A program made the position numbers and the translations under genes. A model generated the notes under the pieces. That model had not been told where the DNA came from and did no database searches. It saw nothing but the letters and a program-made list of their open reading frames with translations. Below, piece after piece: positions 9,614 through 19,598 of a stretch of DNA of 64,000 nt; within the stretch, counting starts at the first letter, position 1, and each line of letters opens with the position of its first letter. The DNA lies in assembly GCA_003151625.1 (NCBI GenBank), contig PLYC01000010.1:133515-197514 (forward strand), written 5' to 3'. The DNA comes from Candidatus Doudnabacteria bacterium. Lineage in GTDB: Bacteria > Patescibacteriota > Doudnabacteria > UBA920.

Positions 9614-11668
9614 ATGGAAGCCCTGGAATCACAAATTGCTAAAATCCTGCTTGGAAACAATAAATCTTCCCAGACTTATGTTTACGTAATGGCGGAAAAG
9701 GCTCCAATTGGCGAAGCGGAGCTCTATTTAGTCGCGGAACTCCCCCTGTTTAACCCCGCGGCCGAGGAAGCCTGCGAGAGAATTTGCCTGGCCATTGCCT
9801 CCACCTTAAAACGCAGTTACAGGAGAATGCCTTCCGCCGAAAGTAATTTTGAAAATGCCATAAGCCAAATTAACGAGGAGCTTGGCAAACTGGCGGCTAT
9901 GGGCCAAACGCAATGGATAGATAAATTAAACTGCATTATTGGCGTAAAGGAGACTGCGGATTTAAGCATTGCCAGCTGTGGTAAAATTTCCGCATACCTT
10001 TTAAGAAACGGGGAACTAACAGACATTTCCTGTTCCCAGACAAAAAGCCATCCGCTCAAAACCTTTGAAAATTTCGCCGTCGGCAAAATTCGCCTTGGCG
10101 ATTTAATTTTGCTTTCCACCTCCCAGCTGTTTAACTACGTTTCCATGGATCGCCTGCTTGGCATTTTTGGCCACATGGACTTTTTAACGGCGACACAAAC
10201 CGTAATCCAGCTTTTAAAAGAAAACGCAGAGCCGCAAATTAGTTTTGGCACTTTGCTTAATTTGCAAGTCCCGGAGGGCGAAACCCCGGACGCGGAAATG
10301 GATTTGGAAAATTATGTGGTGGAAAAACCTAGCGGTCAGCCTAATGCGCTTAATAAAGTTTTAAGTTACATTAAGAGCGCCTTTGCCATCGGGGGTGTGT
10401 CCCCCGCGCGGATACCAAAAGTCGGCTTACCGGGAATTTCCTTTGGCCAAAAACTAAAAAACTTTTCCGGCAACACCAAAAACTTTTTTTACCGCTTGCC
10501 CCATTGGTGGAATTCTCTAACGGGATTTACCAAGTCTCAAGCAAAAACGGTTAAAGCAAACGCCAATCTTGAAAATTTTAAACAATTAAGCTCAACAAAA
10601 AAATTCTTTTTGGCTTCCGCAATAATTTTATTTATCGCGGTTATCGCCAACATTGGCGTGGCGATCCATTTAAAAAAAATCCGAACAAGCCAAAGCCAAA
10701 CTTTGGGACAACTAACTCAAATTCAGACCCTGTTGTCTAACGCCCAGTCTTCACATTTATATAAAGATGACGCTTCAGCTTCCAATTTTTTGCAGGAAGC
10801 CAAAAGTAAATTGCCCGGTGCAAAAACAATAAATTCCGCGGATCTGGCTCTTTACAATAAACTGGTCAGTCAAATGTCCGATTTAGACACCCAACTGCAA
10901 AAAGTTTTTAAGCCCCAAGTAACTAACCTCGGCAGTTTGGGAGCGGGCACTAATTTAATTAAACTGCCCGATTACGATGCCATCCAGGTAAATTCCACAA
11001 TTATTAGTTACCAAAAAAGCACCGGGCAAATTCAGGATAACGGCCTTAAACTTACCCTGGCCGCACTGGCCAACGCATATATAAGCGGCAACACTGCGGC
11101 TGTTTACGATGGCAGTAATTTATACCTTTGGGATTTTTCCGCCGGCAAAATTCTGGGAGCGGGCTTTGCGCAAGACTTGCCGGCTAAAGATGATTTTGCC
11201 GGGATTGCCCAATACCCTGTAAACGGCCGGGTTTATGTGGCTGACAAAAAAGCTGATCAAATAATAAGTTATTTGCCCGGAAAAATAACCTTTTCCAAAC
11301 TTGTTGTGGCGGTGCGCGACCCAAGCCTTGGACAGGCCGTGGACATTACTATAGACACCAATATTTACGTACTGACTAAAAATGGGGTCAGCAAGTTCCA
11401 GGCAGGCAAGCTGGCCGATTTTTCTCTGCAGAGTTTGCCCACTCCCCTTTCCGGCAGCGGTAAAATTTATACCCAAAAAGATTTTAGCCATATTTATATT
11501 TTAGATGCCGGCAACAACCGCATTTTAATTTTTGACAAAAGCGGTAATCTGGTAAACACTTTGCTGTCCGACAGCTTTACAAACATGAAAGATTTTCAGG
11601 TGGATGAAAAAAATAAAACTGTTTACGTTTTGAATGATGGGAGTTTATTGAAGATATTATTGCCATGA
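9614..11668 (+). CDS. Single-pass membrane protein with PP2C-like N-domain and beta-propeller-like C-domain
   Basis: AYLLRNGEL..I and GDLILLST (PP2C-like); TM near residue 335; YVAD, IYILDAGNNRILIFD repeats. Confidence 0.65.
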   Translation: MEALESQIAKILLGNNKSSQTYVYVMAEKAPIGEAELYLVAELPLFNPAAEEACERICLAIASTLKRSYRRMPSAESNFENAISQINEELGKLAAMGQTQWIDKLNCIIGVKETADLSIASCGKISAYLLRNGELTDISCSQTKSHPLKTFENFAVGKIRLGDLILLSTSQLFNYVSMDRLLGIFGHMDFLTATQTVIQLLKENAEPQISFGTLLNLQVPEGETPDAEMDLENYVVEKPSGQPNALNKVLSYIKSAFAIGGVSPARIPKVGLPGISFGQKLKNFSGNTKNFFYRLPHWWNSLTGFTKSQAKTVKANANLENFKQLSSTKKFFLASAIILFIAVIANIGVAIHLKKIRTSQSQTLGQLTQIQTLLSNAQSSHLYKDDASASNFLQEAKSKLPGAKTINSADLALYNKLVSQMSDLDTQLQKVFKPQVTNLGSLGAGTNLIKLPDYDAIQVNSTIISYQKSTGQIQDNGLKLTLAALANAYISGNTAAVYDGSNLYLWDFSAGKILGAGFAQDLPAKDDFAGIAQYPVNGRVYVADKKADQIISYLPGKITFSKLVVAVRDPSLGQAVDITIDTNIYVLTKNGVSKFQAGKLADFSLQSLPTPLSGSGKIYTQKDFSHIYILDAGNNRILIFDKSGNLVNTLLSDSFTNMKDFQVDEKNKTVYVLNDGSLLKILLP

Positions 11669-11731
11669 TATTAATTGATATTAGGATATTAGGATATTCT
11701 TGATAATATCAGCCAATATCTATAATATCTA

Positions 11732-12982
11732 TTAATATCTTTCCAGGTATCCCAAGACTATATCTTCCGCTTCTTCCAAATCTTTTGCGTTTAAAAGTTT
11801 GGCGCGGAGTTCGTGGGCGCCATTAAAACCACTGCAATAGGTTTTAAACTGTTTGCGCATTATAAAAAAAGATTTATGCTCGCCCAAGGTGTCTTGGAAT
11901 AGTTTGGCATGTTCGAGCATTGCCCGAAATCTCTCATTTAAACCAGGATGATAATCATCGGCGAGGAATAGCCACGGATTGCCAAACGCTCCCCTGCCTA
12001 TCATAACCCCGTCGCATCCGGTTTGCGCCACCCGTTCCAAGCCTTCTTGGCGTGACTTAATATCGCCGTTGCCTATAATTAGCGGCCGCAGGCCAACTTC
12101 TTTCCCTCTCCCTCTGGGAGAGGGTGAAGGGTGAGGGTTCATCGGAAACATTTCATCCCTAATCTCAACCGCCTCTTTAATGGCTTCCCAATGCGCCGGG
12201 GCTTTGGATTTTTCCTGCTTGGTGCGGGCGTGCAAAGTTAAAGCCGCAATGTTGGTTTCCAATAAATTTCTAACCCAATCGCCCATTTCATCGGTTTTAC
12301 TGTATCCCAATCTGGTTTTGACCGATACCGGTAAAAAACCGGCGGCTTTTTTTGTGGCGCTAATAATTTCCTGCGCCAATTTTGGCTCACGAATTAACGC
12401 GGCACAAGCGCCAATGCCGATTTCTTTGTCCTGCGGACAGCCCATATTTATGTCTATTCCGTCAAAACCCAAATCCACAATAATTTTGGCCGCCTCCTCA
12501 AACTTGGCCGGAGAATTTCCCCAAATTTGAGCGACTATCGGCCGCTGGATTTCCGAGTACTTTAAATCTATGGCCAAATTTTTCCTGCCCTCCGGATGCG
12601 TTAACCCGTCTACATTTATAAATTCCGTATACATTACGAAGCTATTACCACCTCCCCCCGCTGCGCGGGGTACTCCTCCTATGATAGGAGGAGATCTCCG
12701 CGTGTCATTCTGGGATAACTGCGGAGCGTTCCCCTCCTTGCTTAGGAGGGGTGGCTCGCGCAGCGAGACGGGGTGGTGACCGCTATAGCGGGCAAACATT
12801 TCCCGAAACGCAAAATCCGTTACCTCCTCCATGGGAGCAAGACAGAAAATCGGTTTACCCAGCACCTTCCAAAAATTATGCCCACCAGCTTCACCCAAAG
12901 CAAAAACCTCTGATTTTACATCAGATTTTCCATTTTGAAAGAAGGTGCTGGGCTTGTTAAGTTTTTGCCAGAAGCTGGACAT
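11732..12982 (-). CDS. dus: tRNA-dihydrouridine synthase with three in-frame palindromic insertions
   Basis: LAPMEEVTD, DINMGCP, SVKTRLG, HART, GNGDI, DGVMIGRG. Confidence 0.92.
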   Translation of the reverse strand: MSSFWQKLNKPSTFFQNGKSDVKSEVFALGEAGGHNFWKVLGKPIFCLAPMEEVTDFAFREMFARYSGHHPVSLREPPLLSKEGNAPQLSQNDTRRSPPIIGGVPRAAGGGGNSFVMYTEFINVDGLTHPEGRKNLAIDLKYSEIQRPIVAQIWGNSPAKFEEAAKIIVDLGFDGIDINMGCPQDKEIGIGACAALIREPKLAQEIISATKKAAGFLPVSVKTRLGYSKTDEMGDWVRNLLETNIAALTLHARTKQEKSKAPAHWEAIKEAVEIRDEMFPMNPHPSPSPRGRGKEVGLRPLIIGNGDIKSRQEGLERVAQTGCDGVMIGRGAFGNPWLFLADDYHPGLNERFRAMLEHAKLFQDTLGEHKSFFIMRKQFKTYCSGFNGAHELRAKLLNAKDLEEAEDIVLGYLERY

Positions 12983-12999
12983 ATAGCTAAGTTTAATCA

Positions 13000-13032
13000 A
13001 AATACCGCTCCCGTGCAACGGGAGCGGTATTT
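13000..13032 (-). terminator. Terminator of rplJL
   Basis: aaataccgctcccgt-gca-acgggagcggtattt hairpin. Confidence 0.6.
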
Positions 13033-13131
13033 GAATATTCGATGATAATCAATATTGCCTTAGAAGGGATCCTTCGCCCTCGGATGCACTCGGGCTCAGG
13101 ATGACCCTCAAATAATTTTATTGCTGAAAAA

Positions 13132-13527
13132 TTATTTGAGGGTCACTTTGCCACCAGCCTCTTCCAATTTCTTTTTTAAGGCTTCGGCATCGGCTTTCGG
13201 CATGTTTTCTTTGATAATTTTAGGAGCGCCGTCTACCATATCTTTGGCTTCCTTAAGACCGACCTGGGTAACTTCGCGGACAACTTTAATAACGTTAATT
13301 TTGCTGGCACCGGCTTCGGTTAATTCAACCGAGAATTCGGTTTTCTCTTCCGCAACGGCGGCGGCCGGACCTGCGGCCATCATCATAGGAGCGGCGGCAG
13401 AAACGCCAAACTTGCCTTCCAAAACTTTTACCAATTCAGCCAACTCCATAACGGAGAGCTTTTCTACCTGTTCCACGAGAGTTTTAAACTTCTCGGGCAC
13501 AACTACGGATTCTTTTTCTTCACTCAT
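13132..13527 (-). CDS. rplL: 50S ribosomal protein L7/L12
   Basis: [30 protein letters not shown]. Confidence 0.98.
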   Translation of the reverse strand: MSEEKESVVVPEKFKTLVEQVEKLSVMELAELVKVLEGKFGVSAAAPMMMAAGPAAAVAEEKTEFSVELTEAGASKINVIKVVREVTQVGLKEAKDMVDGAPKIIKENMPKADAEALKKKLEEAGGKVTLK

Positions 13528-13570
13528 AATTTACCTTTCTATTAAAATCAATTAATAATTTACCTTTCCC

Positions 13571-13710
13571 GCTGATTAGTTGCTGATATGTACGCTGACT
13601 TTACGCTGAGCCTCAATACCTTCCTCGTGGATGATAGTTTAGATTCAGCGACTTATCAGCGTCCGCCTCGGCTCGAGTCGAGACGGGTCCCTATCGGCGT
13701 AGGTTCAGCG
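13571..13710. repeat. CGCTGA / TCAGCG short-unit inverted repeat array with a nested palindrome; related copy at 62312-62432
   Basis: Repeated cgctga units followed by tcagcg units. Confidence 0.7.
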
Positions 13711-13712
13711 GC

Positions 13713-14222
13713 CTATACTGCAACAGGTACGCTTTCTCCAAGTTTTTTGGAACGCGCATCCAAAACTCTGACAAACGCGGATATGGTGCCGTTTAAAACA
13801 GACATAAACTGGGCACGCAACTGGTCTTTGGACGGCAGACTGCCCAAATCTTCCACCTGGATTTTGGAAAACAGTTTGCCTTCTACAAAACCTTCCAGAA
13901 TAGAAATAGTCTTAACCTCTTTGGTAAGATTTTTAACAATTCTGGCCGGAGCAACTTCGTCTTCGTTGGAAATTGACAGAATTACCGGGGTTTTATAATC
14001 GGCGATTTCAACCATAAGGCCGGCGTCCTTAATGGCTTTTTTTACCAAAGTCAGTTTATAAACTTTGGAAAAAACTTTTTCGGCGCGCAGGACTTTGCGG
14101 ATTTTATCCATATCTTTTACCGTTGTTCCGCGGTAATCGGTAAACACCACGGCTTTGGCCTCTTTAAGCTTGGCCGTGAGCTCTTTAAGGTCTTCTGTTT
14201 TTTGTGATTTTCCTTTTGGCAT
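13713..14222 (-). CDS. rplJ: 50S ribosomal protein L10
   Basis: VVFTDYRGTTV, LPSKDQL; directly upstream of rplL. Confidence 0.95.
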   Translation of the reverse strand: MPKGKSQKTEDLKELTAKLKEAKAVVFTDYRGTTVKDMDKIRKVLRAEKVFSKVYKLTLVKKAIKDAGLMVEIADYKTPVILSISNEDEVAPARIVKNLTKEVKTISILEGFVEGKLFSKIQVEDLGSLPSKDQLRAQFMSVLNGTISAFVRVLDARSKKLGESVPVAV

Positions 14223-14287
14223 AAATTAGTAGTTAGTAGTTAGTATCTAGCTTTTCGACCTTTAATTGTAAATATCTCAAAAATAAA

Positions 14288-14428
14288 ACTCGGGCTTACC
14301 CGAGTGGTTGTAGTTGCCCGATTCATCAGGCCATAAAGCTTCATAAATGAAGCAACTACATATTCCTCGGTGGGCAACCATCTTGCGATGATAATTATGA
14401 CCCTACGGGTCACCAACTGTCTTTGGAT
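14288..14428 (-). promoter_or_regulatory. L10 ribosomal-protein leader RNA
   Basis: Minus strand CCAAAGACAGTTGG...CCCACCGAGG matches the AAGACAG...CCGAGG core of L10 leaders, followed by hairpins before rplJ. Confidence 0.7.
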
Positions 14429-14535
14429 ATTTTCCCGCAGAGCGGGATCCGCCTTTGGCGGAAACTTTTGTTATTATACCAAAACCCTCAAAACCCGTCA
14501 AACGCTGTATTATCCAGATCGGTAATCCGTAGACA

Positions 14536-15111
14536 CTATCCAAAAATAAATTTGGGAATATAATCTATCATCGCGAACATTTCGCGCATAAAATAGAAGG
14601 CCAGTTCGGGCTTGGTGTAGTAGAAGGGATTTGGGGAGCTCCAATAAATTGGACCAAAGCCTTCGCGCTTGGCCATTAAGACGGCGCGGGCTAAATGGAA
14701 ATCATCACTCACTATAATAAGACTTTTTGCTCCGGGTATTAAGACTTTGGAGTTTACGATATTTCCGTAGGTGGAGTTGGCGTTTTTCTCCAAAATTAAC
14801 GGCGGAACCGTTGAGGCGTTTTGTCTAATTACATTTTGCATATACACAGCCTCCGGTATGGATTTAGGATAATCCACGCCGCCCGTAAGCACTAAGACAT
14901 TGGCCTTTCCCTGATTGTAAAGCTCCAGCCCCTCCAAAGTCCGGTTATACAAAGCCGGCGTATTTATTGCCGCTCCTAAAACCACTATAGCGTCGGCTTT
15001 CTGTATGGGTGGCCGATAGACGCTAAAAAAGACCACCACGGCCAGGTCTATTAATAAAAAACTGATAACGGTGTATGCTAAGTACTTTAAAATTTTTAAC
15101 AGCTTTTTCAT
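14536..15111 (-). CDS. YdcF/ElyC (DUF218) family protein
   Basis: ADAIVVLGAA, LTGG, EA..M, STYGN, VSDDFHLARA. Confidence 0.88.
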   Translation of the reverse strand: MKKLLKILKYLAYTVISFLLIDLAVVVFFSVYRPPIQKADAIVVLGAAINTPALYNRTLEGLELYNQGKANVLVLTGGVDYPKSIPEAVYMQNVIRQNASTVPPLILEKNANSTYGNIVNSKVLIPGAKSLIIVSDDFHLARAVLMAKREGFGPIYWSSPNPFYYTKPELAFYFMREMFAMIDYIPKFIFG

Positions 15112-15132
15112 GCCAACTAATTATAACATCTT

Positions 15133-15849
15133 TTGTTCAGAGATGGGCACGTTCTCGCAGCGAGAAGGTGCCCATCTCTTTTGCGTGATATAATAAGACT
15201 AACTGCCGACGGCCGAGGGATCGGCAACGGAGAATTTAAGAATAAAAAGGAGACCATAGGAGGTGCTTTATGCCCCTTCAGCAAGGGCGAAAACGTTTTA
15301 GGCAACGGCAAAGAGCTCGGGGGTCGCTTTAGCGGTCTTCTGCAAAACGCCGCGGTGCGATGGATAATTTTGTTTGGTCTGCCAATGTTGTTTTCATCAG
15401 TTGGTACAATTTTTGCCTCCGGGTGGACAAACGGCTGGAAGAACGACTTTGCCATCGTACTCGCCGAATTAATGGTAGAAAATGCCGTGTTTTACCCGGT
15501 AGCCTGGGTATGCTGGCGGTTTCTGCCGAAACAGAAAACAAACAAACAACACGAAAATCTTTTGGAGGGACTGGTTCTCGTGGAAGTATTGGACATAATC
15601 CTCCGACTTGCCTGTTTTTTGTGGGCCTTAAAATTCCCCAGCGTTAAAGGGTGGCTCACGGGATCCGGCAGTCTGCTGTTGGATGGGGTGTTTTTGATCT
15701 CTTTGAGCCAAAGCCATCGGCTCGTGGAGATTGTCCGCTGCTCAAGACAGCGTTTCAGTGTTTCCGGTACGATTATCAAGGCGCGTTGCAAAGCCGCTTT
15801 AGATCGTCCTTATATCTCAGCATGGGTTTTTTCTCGCCCAGCCTGCTGA
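15133..15849 (+). CDS. Hypothetical membrane protein (start uncertain)
   Basis: Several hydrophobic segments and a terminator after the stop; the best RBS+ATG (about 15269) is out of frame. Confidence 0.4.
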   Translation: MFRDGHVLAARRCPSLLRDIIRLTADGRGIGNGEFKNKKETIGGALCPFSKGENVLGNGKELGGRFSGLLQNAAVRWIILFGLPMLFSSVGTIFASGWTNGWKNDFAIVLAELMVENAVFYPVAWVCWRFLPKQKTNKQHENLLEGLVLVEVLDIILRLACFLWALKFPSVKGWLTGSGSLLLDGVFLISLSQSHRLVEIVRCSRQRFSVSGTIIKARCKAALDRPYISAWVFSRPAC

Positions 15850-15925
15850 AGTTCTAAGCCGGAAAACTTTTGGGCGGTTTGCGAAGCGAACCGCCCCTTT
15901 TTTATTTTGGGGAACCTCTCAACCG

Positions 15926-15968
15926 AATCAATGGGCACCATTGTGCAGCACAATGGTGCCCATTGATT
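15926..15968. repeat. Perfect 43-bp palindrome
   Basis: aatcaatgggcaccattgtgc-a-gcacaatggtgcccattgatt. Confidence 0.9.
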
Positions 15969-16007
15969 ACAAAAATGGCTTATTCATAAGCTTTTATTAT
16001 ACAACGC

Positions 16008-16036
16008 TTGACGAAAATATCAAAAAGTGATATAAT
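16008..16036 (+). promoter_or_regulatory. Sigma70-type promoter of the DEAD-box helicase
   Basis: TTGACG-17 nt-TATAAT. Confidence 0.75.
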
Positions 16037-16307
16037 TATTTTTTATAAAGTCATTTTGACTTTGCTTCGGATCTTGTTTTTAAAGAATACCGCAAGCACC
16101 TTGCTGCACTTGTAGCTTTTCGAAATGACAAGGGTTTGTTGCCAAATGTGCTTTTGAGATGAAATTTCAGAATTTTGAGCAGATTGACGCAAATAAATTT
16201 TGACGTTTACCTAAAAGGTAAGCGGATAAATTTTTTGCGGCAAGATGCCAAAGTTATGAAATTTCGGTCAAAATGACATTTGGCAACAAACCCAACAAAG
16301 GAAACAC

Positions 16308-17627
16308 ATGACACCAATCACCATACACACATCTTTTAGCGGGCTGGGACTTGCCCCGCGTCTTTTGGAAATTCTCCAAAAAAAAGGCTTTACAATTCCT
16401 ACGCCAATTCAAAGCCAAGCCATTCCCGTTGCCATTTCCGGCAAAGACGTAATGGGCATAGCGCAGACCGGCACGGGAAAAACCTTGGCTTTTGGTTTGC
16501 CAATGATTCAAAGCATTGCCGCCACCAAAAAAATGGGGCTGATTGTTTTGCCGACCCGCGAACTGGCTTTGCAGGTTAACGAAGCTCTGGATAACATCGG
16601 CCGCTCCTTTGGCCTAAAAACCGCGGTGCTAATTGGCGGCGAAAGTATAAACCGCCAGCTTATGGCTTTGCGCAGACAGCCGCACATTATTATTGCCACT
16701 CCCGGAAGATTAATTGACCACCTTGAACAAAGAACTGTCCGTCTTGATAAAGTGGGTATTTTGGTTTTGGACGAAGCCGACCGTATGCTTGATATGGGTT
16801 TTGCCCCCCAGCTTAAACAAATTATGAAAACCGTTCCGGCCGTTCGCCAGACAATGCTTTTTTCCGCGACTATGCCTTCGGAGATTATCAACATCGCCAA
16901 CTCTTATATGAAACTCCCGATAAGAGTGGAAGTCGCTCCGTCCGGAACCACCGTAAACAAAATTACGCAGGAAATTATTTTTGTGGAGAAACACCAAAAG
17001 CCCGAACAGCTAATGAAAATTTTAGCGGAATATAAAGGCAGCACTTTAATTTTTACCCGCACCAAATTTGGCGCAAAAAAACTTGCGCAAATTATCCGCA
17101 ATGCCGGACATTCATCGTCCGAAATCCACAGTAACCGCTCCCTAAACCAGCGCATAGAAGCTTTGCAGGGATTTAAAATGGGCAAATACCGCGTGCTGGT
17201 TGCCACCGACATTGCGGCCAGAGGGATAGACGTTACCGGAATTGAGTTAGTTTTAAACTACGATTTGCCGGAAAACCCCGAAGATTACGTTCACCGCATT
17301 GGCAGGACCGGCCGCGCGGGACTCGAAGGCCACGCCATTTCTTTAGCCACTTCCGACCAGCGCCGCGATGTTATGGATATTGAAAGGCTGATAAAAAAAC
17401 AGCTTCCGGTTTCCAAAGTCGCCTACTCCCCCGCTCCGCCGAGAAGCGCCGCGGATAACGCCCGTCCGCCCTTTGGCCAACGAAGTTCGTTCGCCCGCCG
17501 CAATCCTTTTGCTTCCAGGCCGCCTTCGGAATCCGGCCAACATCGCGGTTTCGGCCACAGCCGTCCCTTTTCTCCCAACCCTCAAGGCCGCGGCAAATTC
17601 AGCCGCCACAGAAGCCAGTCATACTAA
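16308..17627 (+). CDS. DEAD-box RNA helicase (RhlE-like)
   Basis: Q motif, AQTGTGKT, PTRELA, LDEAD, SAT, HRIGRTGRAG; Arg-rich tail. Confidence 0.96.
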   Translation: MTPITIHTSFSGLGLAPRLLEILQKKGFTIPTPIQSQAIPVAISGKDVMGIAQTGTGKTLAFGLPMIQSIAATKKMGLIVLPTRELALQVNEALDNIGRSFGLKTAVLIGGESINRQLMALRRQPHIIIATPGRLIDHLEQRTVRLDKVGILVLDEADRMLDMGFAPQLKQIMKTVPAVRQTMLFSATMPSEIINIANSYMKLPIRVEVAPSGTTVNKITQEIIFVEKHQKPEQLMKILAEYKGSTLIFTRTKFGAKKLAQIIRNAGHSSSEIHSNRSLNQRIEALQGFKMGKYRVLVATDIAARGIDVTGIELVLNYDLPENPEDYVHRIGRTGRAGLEGHAISLATSDQRRDVMDIERLIKKQLPVSKVAYSPAPPRSAADNARPPFGQRSSFARRNPFASRPPSESGQHRGFGHSRPFSPNPQGRGKFSRHRSQSY

Positions 17628-17711
17628 CAAAACAAATTAACACAAATTATAGACGAATTAACACAAAACACGAATCGTGCGATTCGTGTTTTTTCGTTTG
17701 CGGTATTTGTG

Positions 17712-18149
17712 TTAATTTGTTTGTATTTCCAATATTTCCTTCATTTTTCCCAAAACCATTTTCCAGTTGTCGCCAGAGTGTTCGGCGGATTCGGCGGTGG
17801 GGTTATTTTCCTGGGTGATTTTTAAAGTAGTTTGTCCATCTTTTTCTTCCAGTTCGTAGCTGACTTTTTGGTAATTTTCCGGAACATCAGGCTTCCCGGC
17901 AAAGCCGCTCCAATAGGTGCTTACCAATTTCTTATTTGGAACAAACTCCAAAATCACACCCTTGTCCTCATAAGCTTTGCCTTCCCACACGCCTTTATAA
18001 GTAATTGGGCTCCCAACTTTCCAATCCGATTTTGCTTCAGTGCCGAATAAATACTTCTTAATTAATTCCGGCTTGGTCAACGCCTCCCAAACTTTGGCCG
18101 CAGGAACGTTTATGGTTATTTGGCTGTTGGCAATTAAGTTGCTCTCCAT
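17712..18149 (-). CDS. SRPBCC/AHSA1 domain protein
   Basis: INVPAAKVWEALTKPELIKKY.FGT..SDWKVGSPI. Confidence 0.88.
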   Translation of the reverse strand: MESNLIANSQITINVPAAKVWEALTKPELIKKYLFGTEAKSDWKVGSPITYKGVWEGKAYEDKGVILEFVPNKKLVSTYWSGFAGKPDVPENYQKVSYELEEKDGQTTLKITQENNPTAESAEHSGDNWKMVLGKMKEILEIQTN

Positions 18150-18163
18150 AATTACTCCTTTTA

Positions 18164-18328
18164 TTAATTATTATTATTTTTTGCTTCCACTGCTTTTTTG
18201 AGCTTTTCAAATTTTTTCATAAGACTTTCCATTACATTCAAATCTAAATTTTCACCTTCTAAAACCAAAACTTCCAGCTCGTCCAGCGCCGTTTGCAAAG
18301 CTTTTACTATGTTTGATTGTTTTTCCAT
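18164..18328 (-). CDS. 54-aa helical hypothetical protein
   Basis: Manually translated MEKQSNIVKALQTALDELEVLVLEGENLDL...; fills the gap in a co-oriented operon. Confidence 0.5.
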   Translation of the reverse strand: MEKQSNIVKALQTALDELEVLVLEGENLDLNVMESLMKKFEKLKKAVEAKNNNN

Positions 18329-18332
18329 ATAT

Positions 18333-19127
18333 TTATTGGTTTAATGCTAAATAATAACCGGGATAATAGAAGCCGGTTTTGCGTTTTTGGATGTTGGTAA
18401 AATCCAGGTGGCCGTTTGGACCGCCGGAATAAATTTTGCGGTTTAAGGCTTTTGCCGCGTGCAGCGCCACTGTGGCGTCGTAAACATTCAGGTCTTCGGC
18501 GTAAAACCCAGCTGTTTGTTTTAAAATAAACATAGACTGCTCATCGGCATCATCCATGCTGTTTCCCCAGTTAATAAACTTAATACCTTTGTCGGTAAGC
18601 TCTTTATAAATATCCCCTAAGGCTGTTTTGGGGTTGCCTTTATAATAAAGAACCGCATTTTTTTCCGCCAATGTAGATTCAAATTTTGGCTGGATTCCCA
18701 CAGTTGAATAGGTGTTTTTAATAATTTTTATGGTCCAGTCCAAAACCGGAAAATGTTTAAAAGTATAAAGCAGATTTTTTCCATCGTGCAGAGAAACAAT
18801 AACATTAAAAAATTTGCCTCCTCTGGCATAAATAGCCGTCCCATCAATGGGATCAATTGCCAGGTAGTAACCGTTTGTACCGGTAAATTTTGAAACCAAA
18901 GGCGTGTCTTCTTCGGCCAGCAAACGGCAATTAACCAAATCCGTCTTCACCATCTCCCCCAACAAAAATTCCTGCACAGCCAAATCCGCTTCCGTCACAA
19001 TATCAACCACATTTAACCCCGTGTTAGTTTTGTTGTGATGTTTTGCCGTGCTTTGCATTCTGCAAGCTATTTGCCCTGCTTGCATAAACACAGGTTCCAA
19101 TTCAATTAAAGTTTCAATTAAATTCAT
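18333..19127 (-). CDS. Inositol monophosphatase family protein
   Basis: VTEAD, LAEE, IDPIDGT, YD motifs. Confidence 0.85.
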   Translation of the reverse strand: MNLIETLIELEPVFMQAGQIACRMQSTAKHHNKTNTGLNVVDIVTEADLAVQEFLLGEMVKTDLVNCRLLAEEDTPLVSKFTGTNGYYLAIDPIDGTAIYARGGKFFNVIVSLHDGKNLLYTFKHFPVLDWTIKIIKNTYSTVGIQPKFESTLAEKNAVLYYKGNPKTALGDIYKELTDKGIKFINWGNSMDDADEQSMFILKQTAGFYAEDLNVYDATVALHAAKALNRKIYSGGPNGHLDFTNIQKRKTGFYYPGYYLALNQ

Positions 19128-19245
19128 ATTCCTGTTTATTATAGCACGATTAAGCAGGCTTTTCTTTTTCCCTGTTTTATCTTATAATATACCTTAGTTG
19201 TCTTGTTTCGGATTTCGATTTTCGACATTCGAATTTTTAATACCT

Positions 19246-19315
19246 TGGGGCGTCGCCAAGCGGCCCGTCTCGGCCGAGGTTATCCGAATTAGCCGAGCCG
19301 AGGTGGATAAGGCAG
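19246..19315 (+). pseudogene. 5' half of tRNA-Gln with a 44-nt hairpin inserted in the D-loop
   Basis: TGGGGCGTCGCCAAGCGG-[insert 19264-19307]-TAAGGCAG, then runs into the GIY-YIG start. Confidence 0.8.
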
Positions 19316-19327
19316 CACAAAAAAACT

Positions 19328-19582
19328 ATGCCAGGCTATATTTATGTCCTTTTTAGTAACAAGGACAGTAAAACTTATTTGGGCTCAACCGATAATCTTC
19401 AAAGAAGACTGGACGAACATTTTGCGGGAAAAGTAAAAGCAACAAAAAATAGAAGGCCTTTAAAATTAATTTATACTGAAGAATATATGCTTTTGGGAGA
19501 AGCCAGAAAGAGAGAAATGTACTTAAAAACCCACGCCGGAAGAAAAAGATTAAAGGAATTGCTAAAGAATTTTACAAAATAA
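19328..19582 (+). CDS. Stand-alone GIY-YIG nuclease
   Basis: YIYVLFS..YLGSTDNLQRRLDEH..TKNRRP.KLIYTE..ARKRE..LK. Confidence 0.92.
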   Translation: MPGYIYVLFSNKDSKTYLGSTDNLQRRLDEHFAGKVKATKNRRPLKLIYTEEYMLLGEARKREMYLKTHAGRKRLKELLKNFTK

Positions 19583-19598
19583 ATTTTTTACTAACGAT

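Noticed and set aside
13588-13998. Plus-strand ORFs over rplJ/rplL and other housekeeping genes
   Set aside because: Antisense to well-supported genes
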